Shown here: positions 1 to 8,052 of the stretch, piece by piece
Layout: each line of letters opens with the position of its first letter
Position numbering within the stretch: the stretch's first letter is position 1
Assembly (NCBI GenBank): GCA_012798565.1
Contig: JAAZMX010000040.1
Coordinates: 1 to 47,393, forward strand
Length of the DNA: 47,393 nt
Reading direction: 5' to 3'
From: Candidatus Kuenenbacteria bacterium
GTDB taxonomy: Bacteria > Patescibacteriota > Patescibacteriia > UBA2196 > GWA2-42-15
Notes under the pieces: generated by a model
The model's input: the letters and a program-made list of their open reading frames with translations, nothing else
Told to the model about the DNA's origin: nothing
Database searches by the model: none
Program-made: the position numbers and the translations under genes

Positions 1-185
1 GCCAAAGATCAAGACATATTAAACCGCGTTCCTGGTAATTTCTCATAAGATAAAATACATTAGAATTAACCTTTGATTTTACCCAAAACTTTTACTTTGG
101 GCAATTTATGGGTGTTACCTATGTATCTCATCTTCTGCAGAGTCAGCCCAAAACAACTTAATAATTTAACAATAAATTCATGAGA

Positions 186-214
186 TTGACCACGCCAGCC
201 AATTATGCTACACT
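186..214 (+). promoter_or_regulatory. sigma70-type promoter of khpA
   Basis: TTGACC-N17-TACACT with TG extended -10. Confidence 0.55.
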
Positions 215-280
215 AAAAATGTCCGGAAAGGTCGTTTTTCGCAAGCAATTGCACCTTATAAACTTAATCAGCAATGAACT

Positions 281-601
281 ATGGTTAACGACAAAGAGTT
301 CTTGGAATACGTTGTCAAAGCACTCGTTGATCACCCGGAAAAAGTATCCGTGGACAGAAAAGTCGATGAAATGGGAGTTCTTCTAACTCTCAATCTCGCC
401 CCAGAAGATATGGGTTATGTCATTGGCCGCAAGGGCCAAAACGCCAAAGCCGTGCGCACTCTCTTGCGCTTGGTTGGCGCCAGAAACAACGCCCACGTCA
501 ATCTGAAAATCAATGAGCCAGAAGGCGGTCGCCGCTCCATGAGCGCTCCTCGCGACGAGGAAATGACCGACACCTCCGCGGTTGATGACCTGAAGATCTA
601 A
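281..601 (+). CDS. khpA: KH-domain RNA-binding protein KhpA/YlqC
   Basis: EFLEYVVKALVDHP...DMGYVIGRKGQNAKAVRTLL (KH GxxG); upstream of trmD as usual. Confidence 0.9.
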   Translation: MVNDKEFLEYVVKALVDHPEKVSVDRKVDEMGVLLTLNLAPEDMGYVIGRKGQNAKAVRTLLRLVGARNNAHVNLKINEPEGGRRSMSAPRDEEMTDTSAVDDLKI

Positions 602-613
602 TTTTTCCTTATA

Positions 614-647
614 AAAGAACCGTGCTACAATTGTGGTGCGGTTCTTT
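614..647 (+). terminator. intrinsic terminator-like hairpin
   Basis: AAAGAACCG..CGGTTCTTT stem with G-U pairs just after khpA stop. Confidence 0.55.
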
Positions 648-678
648 AATTTATTATAAACGCTTATAATAAATAAGC

Positions 679-805
679 TCCAAGTTCCAAGAAACAATTT
701 CCAAATAAATCCAAAATCCAAAACTCAAATAGCAAGCATTCTTTGTAATTTATAATTTGGACTTTGAGATTTATTTGGAAATTGGAAATTGTATCTTGGA
801 AATTT
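679..805. repeat. 7-mer-periodic imperfect inverted repeat, no cargo
   Basis: left arm TTCCAAGAAACAATTTCCAAATAAATC; right arm reverse complement TTCCAAGATACAATTTCCAATTTCCAAATAAATC. Confidence 0.85.
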
Positions 806-826
806 ATCAGTTGGTTTTGTTTGTCT

Positions 827-1489
827 ATGCGCTTTGAAATTATCACCATTTTCCCCCATATCCTTGATTCATATTTAAATGAATCTATTTTGAAGCGTGC
901 GCAAAAGAAAAAATTAATCAAGATAAATTTTCACGACCCGCGGCAATTTGCCACTGACGCGCACAGAAGCGTGGATGATCGGCCGTTTGGCGGGGGACCG
1001 GGCATGCTCATAAAGATTGAGCCGCTTTATAAAACACTCAAAAAAATCAAGCGCGCCAAAAAATCACATGTTATTCTCTTCGACCCGGCCGGCCAGAGGT
1101 TTGATCAAAAAATGGCGCAAAAATTCTCTAAGTTAGATCAGCTGATTATGATCGCCGGACGCTATGAAGGCGTGGATGCCCGGATTGAAAAATTTATTGA
1201 TGAAAAAATTTCCATCGGTCCCTATGTTTTGTCCGGTGGTGAATTGCCAGCCGCGGTCGTGGTTGAAGCTGTGTCGCGATTATTGCCTGGTGTTTTGGGC
1301 GACGATCAATCAGCGGTCGAGGAGACATTTTCTGGTGATGACAGCTATATAGAACACCCGCACTACACCCGTCCGGAGGTTTTTGCATATCTGGAAAAAG
1401 GCCAGAAGAAAAAATTGGCAGTGCCAAAAGTTTTATTATCGGGGAATCATAAGGAGATAAAAAAATGGAGAGCTAATCATATTAAATAA
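827..1489 (+). CDS. trmD: tRNA (guanine37-N1)-methyltransferase
   Basis: MRFEIITIFP, VDDRPFGGGPGM, GRYEGVDAR, SIGPYVLSGGE, LLSGNH; start moved to ATG 827. Confidence 0.97.
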   Translation: MRFEIITIFPHILDSYLNESILKRAQKKKLIKINFHDPRQFATDAHRSVDDRPFGGGPGMLIKIEPLYKTLKKIKRAKKSHVILFDPAGQRFDQKMAQKFSKLDQLIMIAGRYEGVDARIEKFIDEKISIGPYVLSGGELPAAVVVEAVSRLLPGVLGDDQSAVEETFSGDDSYIEHPHYTRPEVFAYLEKGQKKKLAVPKVLLSGNHKEIKKWRANHIK

Positions 1490-1512
1490 TTTTTATTTTA
1501 AAAACAGAAAAA

Positions 1513-1610
1513 TCAAAATTTCCAATATCCAACAAAGTTCCAAATCCAAAGCCCCAATATTTAGTCATTTGGATTTAGGATTTTATTGGAAATTAGGATT
1601 TAGAATTTGA
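1513..1610. repeat. 7-mer-periodic imperfect inverted repeat, no cargo
   Basis: TCAAAATTTCCAATATCCAACAAAGTTCCAAATCCAAA ... TTTGGATTTAGGATTTTATTGGAAATTAGGATTTAGAATTTGA. Confidence 0.8.
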
Positions 1611-1628
1611 AAATCACAGCCCGCTTTA

Positions 1629-1657
1629 TTGACTTGCTGGCTGGTAGATGTTATTCT
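1629..1657 (+). promoter_or_regulatory. sigma70-type promoter of ndk
   Basis: TTGACT-N17-TATTCT with TG extended -10. Confidence 0.55.
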
Positions 1658-1690
1658 ATTATTTAATCGCTATAAACTAATCAAAAAAAT

Positions 1691-2296
1691 ATGTCTCCTG
1701 TTGTCAATCGCGAACGTACGCTCGTCATTCTCAAGCCAGACGCGGTCCAGCGCGCCATGATCGGCGAAGTCATCAAACGCTTTGAACAGACCGGCCTCAA
1801 GATGACGGCTATTAAAATTATGATGGCCAAAGAAGAAGTTCTCTGGGAACATTATCATAAAGACGATAAGTGGTTTTTGGAAAAAGGCACCATGCTGGTT
1901 GGCAAGATGAAAGATAAAGGCCTGACCCCGGAAAAAGAACCAATTGAATATGGCAAAGACATTGTGCGCCAACTAGTGGAGTTTATGACCGCCGGTCCGG
2001 TCGTGCCGATGATCTTTGAAGGCAATCAGGCCACGGCCGTGGTGAAAAAAATTACCGGCGGCACCGAACCAGCCACCTCTGACGTGGGCACGATCCGCGG
2101 CGATTACACCATTGATTCCTATGACTTGGCCAACCTGTCCGGCCGGGCCGTCAGAAATTTGGTGCACTGTTCCGAGTCGCCAGCCGAAGCAGAGCGTGAA
2201 ATAAAACTCTGGTTTAATGAAACGGAAATGGTTGGTTACAATTTGGCACATGACAAGATTCTCTACGATGTGAATCTGGATGGGATTAAAGAATAG
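1691..2296 (+). CDS. ndk: nucleoside diphosphate kinase (long form)
   Basis: ERTLVILKPDAVQR, GTIRGDY, RNLVHCS catalytic His. Confidence 0.95.
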   Translation: MSPVVNRERTLVILKPDAVQRAMIGEVIKRFEQTGLKMTAIKIMMAKEEVLWEHYHKDDKWFLEKGTMLVGKMKDKGLTPEKEPIEYGKDIVRQLVEFMTAGPVVPMIFEGNQATAVVKKITGGTEPATSDVGTIRGDYTIDSYDLANLSGRAVRNLVHCSESPAEAEREIKLWFNETEMVGYNLAHDKILYDVNLDGIKE

Positions 2297-2323
2297 AGAT
2301 TAGAATTTATATCGGTATTTTTT

Positions 2324-2351
2324 GTAGGGGTTCAATATTTTGAACCCCTAC
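2324..2351. repeat. GTAG-type REP palindrome
   Basis: GTAGGGGTTCAA-TATT-TTGAACCCCTAC, perfect 12-bp stem. Confidence 0.9.
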
Positions 2352-2373
2352 CTTTTTTATAATAAAATAAAAT

Positions 2374-2982
2374 ATGAATCCGCGAAACATCAAATCCAAT
2401 AGAAAATCAATTCGTTTGCCCCAATACGATTATGCCGGCGCAGGTTATTATTTTGTCACCACCTGCGCCCATGAACGGCAAAATTTGTTTGGAAATATCA
2501 GACAAGAAATAATGTATTTAAATCCATTGGGACAGGCGGCAAAAATATGTTGGCAAAATATACCCCGACATTATCCGGAAATAAAATTAGATAATTTTAT
2601 TATCATGCCAAATCATTTGCATGGAATTTTAATATTTGGTAATAATGTAGGGGCTCAAAACCTTGAGCCCGACAATTCAGAAAACATGGTTCAATTTATT
2701 GAATCAAATAATTTAAAAAACAGGGCTCAAAATATTGAGCCCCTACCAAAAACAAATGCCTATCAACATATTATTTCGGGTTCCATCGGGTCGGTTGTCC
2801 GCGGTTTTAAAATTGGGGTGACCAAATGGGCGAAAACACATAATTACAATATCCCTGTTTGGCAACGCAATTATTATGAACACATTATTCGCGATGAGAA
2901 AGATTATGAAAATATTTGGCAATATATAGAATACAATCCAGCCAAGTGGGATTGGGACAGAAACAACCCCAAAAATTTTTAA
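2374..2982 (+). mobile_element. REP-associated tyrosine transposase (RAYT, Y1/IS200-like HUH)
   Basis: RKSIRLPQYDY, YYFVTTC, MPNHLHGI (HUH), WQRNYYEHIIR, YIEYNP; flanked by REPs. Confidence 0.92.
2647..2746. repeat. inverted pair of REPs (REPIN-like) inside the RAYT CDS
   Basis: GTAGGGGCTCAAAACCTTGAGCCC at 2647 and GGGCTCAAAATATTGAGCCCCTAC ending at 2746. Confidence 0.85.
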
Positions 2983-2989
2983 GAATCTC

Positions 2990-3017
2990 GTTGGGGCTCA
3001 ATATTTTGAGCCCCAAC
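2990..3017. repeat. REP palindrome
   Basis: GTTGGGGCTCAA-TATT-TTGAGCCCCAAC, perfect 12-bp stem. Confidence 0.9.
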
Positions 3018-3035
3018 AAATATTTTTTCCAAAAC

Positions 3036-3097
3036 AAAAACCCGTAGAAAAAGAGATTGGATTTTCGTTTGGTTTCCTTTGATCTCCTTTCTACGGG
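3036..3097 (-). terminator. long-stem terminator-like hairpin
   Basis: minus strand CCCGTAGAAAGGAGAT..ATCTCTTTTTCTACGGG then TTTTT. Confidence 0.55.
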
Positions 3098-3303
3098 CTC
3101 ATTTTTTCCTCCCGTTTTTTTGTTTTTTTATTTTTCTTTTTTTATACAACCTACCCGTGGTGAGCCGACGTGTGACAAAAATTGTCGGCCCACCAGTACA
3201 AGGTAGAGCTAGAGAGAGGGCTGTGTCGGAGGGGTGGGTAAGTCGCTCGCGAGCTTGGCCCAAAAGATTCCCTCTAGTAAAAAGCTCGCAAGCGACGAAA
3301 CTT

Positions 3304-4104
3304 TTATTTTTCCGCCCCGGCCTCCAGGTGAACCGGGTGAAATTCCTCCATGATAACGCGTGCCGCCGATGGGATCTGCCCCTTGGCGACAATTTTCTTC
3401 CCGGTGACACATCCGGCCTCGACCCCTAGACGAAGGCCGAGGAAGTTCGCCGGCAACGGCCCGCAGATCTGGTATTCGCCAGGGCCGGTAAACGAAACTT
3501 TCTCCGGTGTATCGCCGACTGAACGATAAATTAGGAGGTACCACTGTTGGCCGGCGCTACATTCAACCGTGACGTATGGGATCATTCCAGTTAATGACCC
3601 ACCGCCCAAAGCAAAGGACGTGCCAGGGAATTGACCCTCCTTGTTCGGCGAACATCCTTGGTCGCCGTAGCTAATATTGCCGGACCAGAGAATGACAACC
3701 TTGGCCGGTGCCGGTTCAGGCACTGTCATGGAAATCGCCACTGAGCCATTGCCACCGTTGGACGTTACCGGAATGTTCCCGGTATATGTGTTGGGTGACA
3801 AGATACCGCGATCGACAGTGACCGTGACCGTGCTGGTATTGGTGCCCGACGTTTTGTTAATGGTCAGCCAGGCAATCGATTCACTCGCGTTCCAATTGAG
3901 GTCACCATTGCCCGAGTTGGAGATCGTAAAGGTTTTCACCGTTTCCGTCATGCCGAAATCGAGAGAATCAGGGGCCAAAAATAACACCGGACTTTCCACC
4001 GACTCGGCCTTAATCCCACTGTGGCTCATCGGGTCGCGCCCACAAGAGGCCAGCCCGAGAACCACCAGGGTGGTCAACAAAAGATAAAAAAACCGATTTT
4101 TCAC
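3304..4104 (-). CDS. predicted lipoprotein with BACON-like Ig domain
   Basis: signal peptide with lipobox LASC; LDFG..TFTISNSG..LNW..WLTINKTSG..VTVTVDR pattern; SD AGGAGG before GTG. Confidence 0.7.
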   Translation of the reverse strand: MKNRFFYLLLTTLVVLGLASCGRDPMSHSGIKAESVESPVLFLAPDSLDFGMTETVKTFTISNSGNGDLNWNASESIAWLTINKTSGTNTSTVTVTVDRGILSPNTYTGNIPVTSNGGNGSVAISMTVPEPAPAKVVILWSGNISYGDQGCSPNKEGQFPGTSFALGGGSLTGMIPYVTVECSAGQQWYLLIYRSVGDTPEKVSFTGPGEYQICGPLPANFLGLRLGVEAGCVTGKKIVAKGQIPSAARVIMEEFHPVHLEAGAEK

Positions 4105-4131
4105 GATATCCTCCTGGCCCGATTGGGCCGG

Positions 4132-5373
4132 TTAAAAAATATTTTTCACAAGTTTTCCGGTTTTAATTAGGTCGAGGTTGATCTGCCACGCTTGATTTGA
4201 CTCGCTATTTTTTATATCCGGAATAACCAGTCGTCGATCATCGCGCCGACCGGAGGCTACCAAATATTGGACATCGAGAGGCCCAACAAAAAGATGTCCG
4301 CCAACACATGGCCCCTTGAACTCCTGCTTATAATCTTTGTAGTTTGAGTCAAGTGGGGCGTTAACTACATCGGCCCAATAAAACCATCCGGCCGAAATAC
4401 CGAAACCAAGAAAATTTTTAAAATTGTAGCGCACGATTCCCACAAGGCTGCCGGTTTCGGTAAAATCATGCTTAATGGAATTCTGGCCGACAGTACCAGC
4501 CAGCGAAAACAAAAAACCAACACTGTCGCTGTGCCCCCAGGTAACACCCAAAAACGCAGTCGGGCCAGTATAGTGTCCGAACTGTTGGCCGATGCCCAAC
4601 GAGATTTCATTAGGGGCCAATACCTTAAGAGTTGTTCCTATAGAGTCTGTCTCTGCCCCCGATAGAATACCCCTATTGCTGCTATCCGGCGCATAAGTAA
4701 CTATTCCGATGCCGGCCTCCGTTGCCATGACTCGAGAGAAAAAACTCTCATCGGTTTCTTCATAATCGAAGTAAACCGTTCTTTCTTCGGCACCAGTTAC
4801 TTTTCCGAGTTTACAGTTCAGCCCATATAAATCAGCTGCCTTTTTGGCGCGGGTGTTCGCAAGATAGATATTTTTCTCTTCGCTGGCACCACCTTTTAAG
4901 TCGGCGGTACCAGTAACCGTGCCATTAAAACTCGACTCACTGTTCACGGACAAAAAGCTGTCTATCGTCACCTTGGTTGTTTGCCAACCCTTTATTTCTT
5001 TTGGGTTGGTACGCCCCAGGCGAAAGGTATCAGGCAAAGAAACGTGGAGTCTTTTTCTTTTTCCAACTCCAATCGTTATTTTACCTGCTGCCACAACTGT
5101 TGTGTCGCCATATTCACGAGCTTGCAACACATAAGTCGTGGTTTTTACCGGTGCTACCTCATGAGTTATTCCCCGGATGGTATCGCCATTGCAGGTTACA
5201 ATGTACTTATCGCCCGGCAGGATCATTTTAATTCTGACTACCTGCCCAGGCTCGGCCACTAAACGATCAGCCAGAATTACGGCCTGCGTTTTTTTCTGTC
5301 CAAATACCGGCGCGGACAGGAGCGCCATGGCCAGAATGGCCACCACCAACGAAACAAACATGTTCTTTTTCAT
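4132..5373 (-). CDS. secreted protein; OmpA-C-like motif plus possible beta-barrel C-terminus
   Basis: signal peptide; GTADLKGG..NIYLANTRA resembles OmpA GxxDxxG..NxxLSxxRA; Gly/aromatic alternating strands; SD GGAGGTG. Confidence 0.6.
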   Translation of the reverse strand: MKKNMFVSLVVAILAMALLSAPVFGQKKTQAVILADRLVAEPGQVVRIKMILPGDKYIVTCNGDTIRGITHEVAPVKTTTYVLQAREYGDTTVVAAGKITIGVGKRKRLHVSLPDTFRLGRTNPKEIKGWQTTKVTIDSFLSVNSESSFNGTVTGTADLKGGASEEKNIYLANTRAKKAADLYGLNCKLGKVTGAEERTVYFDYEETDESFFSRVMATEAGIGIVTYAPDSSNRGILSGAETDSIGTTLKVLAPNEISLGIGQQFGHYTGPTAFLGVTWGHSDSVGFLFSLAGTVGQNSIKHDFTETGSLVGIVRYNFKNFLGFGISAGWFYWADVVNAPLDSNYKDYKQEFKGPCVGGHLFVGPLDVQYLVASGRRDDRRLVIPDIKNSESNQAWQINLDLIKTGKLVKNIF

Positions 5374-5532
5374 TGAGCACCTCCCAAATAAATGAGTGAA
5401 ACAGTGAATTAGAATTTTCTTACTTAAAATTTTTTCCTTTTTCCTTTCCTTTATATTTAATTTTCAATTTGCTTTCAATTATTCTTCCACCTCCAGCCCC
5501 AACAGGGGACAGAGGCGGGGGAACAAGGGGGA

Positions 5533-5620
5533 AAGTTGATAAAGTTAATTAAGTTAAAAAAGTTAATAAAGAGGGAAGGGATACAGAATACCGAATTATG
5601 AATTATGAATAATGAATTAT
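5533..5620. repeat. adjacent 9-mer (AAGTTRANW x4) and 7-mer (GAATWAT x4) tandem arrays
   Basis: AAGTTGATA AAGTTAATT AAGTTAAAA AAGTTAATA at 5533-5568; GAATTAT GAATTAT GAATAAT GAATTAT at 5593-5620. Confidence 0.8.
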
Positions 5621-5830
5621 GGTGGAAATTATGATTAGCGTAAGAATATTGGCCCAAAAGGCTCACGCCCAAAGACATTCTGGACAGGTTACTTTAGCAC
5701 AAATTAAGTGATTTTTATTAATTAAAATTCTTTTTAACCTAACATATTATTGTAATTTTGTCAATAGAAGGCTAAAATAAGCCAATTTGGGGTAATAAAA
5801 AACTCCCCCAAAGGGAGCCATTAAAAAGAT

Positions 5831-6272
5831 AAAAATGTAAATATCAAAGTGTAAAATGACAGTTAAAAATGCAAAATTATTTTTTGCCCCTCATGGTCAA
5901 GATACTGGAAGCTAAAATATTGGCTATTTCCTTTAGTTCGCTTATCAACCACTCATTCTCGGTCTTATCACTTTTATTTGTATCTTTTATCAGTGCCAAC
6001 CAAACCTTTGATTCGTTGGCCGATTTCAGAGCATGAGTAAAAAAATTGATAAAATCTTTCTTGGAGCTGGCTGAATTAGCCTCAATATAATTGGCAATAA
6101 CACTGGTCCCGCTACGCAGGAGTTGCTTACCCATCACTTCGTTTACAGAGGATTTTGGCAGTCGATCTATAAATCTGACCAGCCTTAAAACAAAACCATA
6201 CAATCTTTTTTTAAATTCATTTTTGAATTTTGCATTGTCATTTTCCATTTTGATTTTTGATATTTTATTTTG
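5831..6272. repeat. 7-mer inverted repeats bracketing four-helix-bundle gene 1
   Basis: 5831-5876 AAATATCAAAGTGTAAAATGACAGTTAAAAATGCAAAA versus reverse complement of 6221-6272 AAATATCAAAAATCAAAATGGAAAATGACAATGCAAAA. Confidence 0.8.
5877..6248 (-). CDS. four helix bundle protein (TIGR02436 / 23S IVP-like family)
   Basis: KQLLRSGTSVIANYIEA..S.KDF..F...LKSANESKVWL; start reassigned to ATG 6248 (MENDNAKF). Confidence 0.9.
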   Translation of the reverse strand: MENDNAKFKNEFKKRLYGFVLRLVRFIDRLPKSSVNEVMGKQLLRSGTSVIANYIEANSASSKKDFINFFTHALKSANESKVWLALIKDTNKSDKTENEWLISELKEIANILASSILTMRGKK

Positions 6273-6284
6273 TTCCCGTAAATC

Positions 6285-6328
6285 ACCTGCCCGCCAATCG
6301 CTAGCGCTCAAGGCGCTTGCAGGCGGGT
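6285..6328. repeat. GC-rich REP-like hairpin
   Basis: ACCTGCCCGC..AGCGC-TCAAG-GCGCT..GCAGGCGGGT nested stem. Confidence 0.6.
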
Positions 6329-6345
6329 AAATCGTAAATCCTGAA

Positions 6346-7569
6346 TTATTCCATTTTCCCCAACACCACCTCGACGGCTTTTTCTTCCCCGCCGCTGATC
6401 AGGCTGATTTTTATTTTCTGTCCCGGCGCGTATGACTGGATGAGCTCGCCCAAAGTCTTGTCCGCCGCGAGCGAATCTTCTCCCACCGCGATAATGATAT
6501 CACCGGCTTTCAACCCGGCTTTTTCCGCCGGACTGCCTTTTTTCACCGCGGCTATATTTTTGTCTCCGGAAATCATCGCCCCCCTGGCGATCAACTCGCC
6601 ATCCTGAAGATTAAATTTCGGATGAGCAGCTAGGCTGATATAATTCACCCCGAGCACCGAGCGCTCAATTTTATTTTTTTTGAGCAGTCCATCCAGAATT
6701 GATTTTAGATAATTCATTGGCACCGCTTCGTTTTTACTGTTTACTACCGCTAGTGCTTCGCCAGCCATATTGATAATCGGCGCGCCCAAAAGACTCTCGT
6801 CATAACCTTCCCGGCACCACAGCACCGCGGTCATTTTTTCCGTTGATTCCACAGTCGGAGCACCGACCTCTGCCACATGCAGGCTGGCTAGCTTTACTTT
6901 GGGATAATTGCAGATAAAGCCATAAACAAGCTGACCCGAAGTCATGGTCTTAGCCTCGCCGATTTTGGCCACCGGCAGATCCTTGGCTTCTATTTTGACA
7001 AACACCAGGTTGCTGCCCGGGTCTTCCACTACTGATTTCGGTTCATATACTTTATTTTTATTGGTCACCACCACGTATTTACTCTCCCCGATTTTATTCA
7101 ATAATCCCGTTGTCGTGACGAGCCAGCCGTCGCTCGTGAGAACAAGCCCGCTTCCGAGCACCTGTTCGGCCTCAAAAAAATGATTCCCCGTCGCGCTTGG
7201 TTTTTGGTAAAAAGCCACCACAGCCGCTCCGGCCGCTTCGCTCAAATCAGCCAAGCGCTCTTCGCTCGTCACTGTGATGTTTTCCTGTTTGTCCACGATT
7301 ATTTTTTGTCCGCTCTTGTCAGCCACTACCGCCTCGCGGAAAAAGCCCTCATAGACAAAAACCGCTGTCAGGCTGGAAAGTATTGCCAGGACAACCGCGA
7401 CTACCACTAGACTCAGCCCGCTTTTCGGTTTCTCCAGTCTACCAAAATATTCTTCACGGTAGATTTCAGGCAGTTTGTCTGCCGCGGTGGATTTTTTTTC
7501 GCCAGTCTCTTTGTTTTCTTTTTTATTTTCTAGTTGTCCGACCTTGGTTTGAGTGAATTTTTTGAACAT
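6346..7569 (-). CDS. membrane-anchored HtrA/DegP-like trypsin+PDZ protein, catalytic residues lost
   Basis: TM segment, GSGLVLTSDGWLVT, PDZ (GSPAEKAGLKAGDII); His, Asp and GNSGG Ser not conserved. Confidence 0.85.
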   Translation of the reverse strand: MFKKFTQTKVGQLENKKENKETGEKKSTAADKLPEIYREEYFGRLEKPKSGLSLVVVAVVLAILSSLTAVFVYEGFFREAVVADKSGQKIIVDKQENITVTSEERLADLSEAAGAAVVAFYQKPSATGNHFFEAEQVLGSGLVLTSDGWLVTTTGLLNKIGESKYVVVTNKNKVYEPKSVVEDPGSNLVFVKIEAKDLPVAKIGEAKTMTSGQLVYGFICNYPKVKLASLHVAEVGAPTVESTEKMTAVLWCREGYDESLLGAPIINMAGEALAVVNSKNEAVPMNYLKSILDGLLKKNKIERSVLGVNYISLAAHPKFNLQDGELIARGAMISGDKNIAAVKKGSPAEKAGLKAGDIIIAVGEDSLAADKTLGELIQSYAPGQKIKISLISGGEEKAVEVVLGKME

Positions 7570-7611
7570 AAGCGCATTAAATTTATTATGATAATAAAAA
7601 CATATTAATTT

Positions 7612-8048
7612 AAATTCAAAATCCTAATTTCCAATCAATTTCAAAGCTTAAAATCCCAATCATTTATTATTAATAGCGGAAAAGATCAAGGTTAATTCAT
7701 GTGCTTCTTGCCATAATTTTCGGCAAATTTCAACCTGTTTGGGATTGGCGGCCGCTGTCATGTGTAGCCAATGAGTTGACTCTTTGGCTTCTTTCTTGCA
7801 AATACCAATTTTATGTTTAAAATCTTTCTTTGACTCAGCGCAGTCTGCTTCCATATAATTAGCACCCACGCTGGTCGCTGACCTGACGAGTTGACCGATT
7901 AAGGGTTTGTTGATTGTATTTTCTGGTACTTCTTTTAAAAACAAAATTATATCTTTACCAAACTGAGCGGTTCGTTCAGCCAAATCATACTTTTTACTAT
8001 TAGAGTTTTGGACTTTGTTTGACATTGGAAATTTGGATTTGAAATTTT
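7612..8048. repeat. 7-mer inverted repeats bracketing four-helix-bundle gene 2
   Basis: 7612-7660 AAATTCAAAATCCTAATTTCCAATCAATTTCAAAG versus reverse complement of 7999-8048 AAATTTCAAATCCAAATTTCCAATGTCAAACAAAG. Confidence 0.85.
7660..8025 (-). CDS. four helix bundle protein (TIGR02436 family)
   Basis: YDLAERT..F, QLVRSATSVGANYMEA..S.KDF.HKI.IC.KEA.ES.HWL, EL.LIF. Confidence 0.92.
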   Translation of the reverse strand: MSNKVQNSNSKKYDLAERTAQFGKDIILFLKEVPENTINKPLIGQLVRSATSVGANYMEADCAESKKDFKHKIGICKKEAKESTHWLHMTAAANPKQVEICRKLWQEAHELTLIFSAINNK

Positions 8049-8052
8049 ACCT

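Noticed and set aside
1..48. 3' end of an upstream CDS
   Set aside because: Only 15 codons visible; cannot be identified
664..921. ORF over the heptamer palindrome and the N-terminal extension of trmD from 764
   Set aside because: Low-complexity translation of the repeat; trmD homology starts at 827
5533..5620. CRISPR array
   Set aside because: Short tandem units without unique spacers; no cas genes. The same applies to all other arrays here
6249..6311. Extended start of four-helix gene 1
   Set aside because: Translates the REP-like hairpin and repeat arm; ATG 6248 fits the family length
5877..8025. Diversity-generating retroelement (Avd-like proteins)
   Set aside because: No reverse transcriptase and no TR/VR pair differing at adenines seen in the window
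5877..8025. 23S rRNA intervening sequence
   Set aside because: No rRNA sequence flanks these genes
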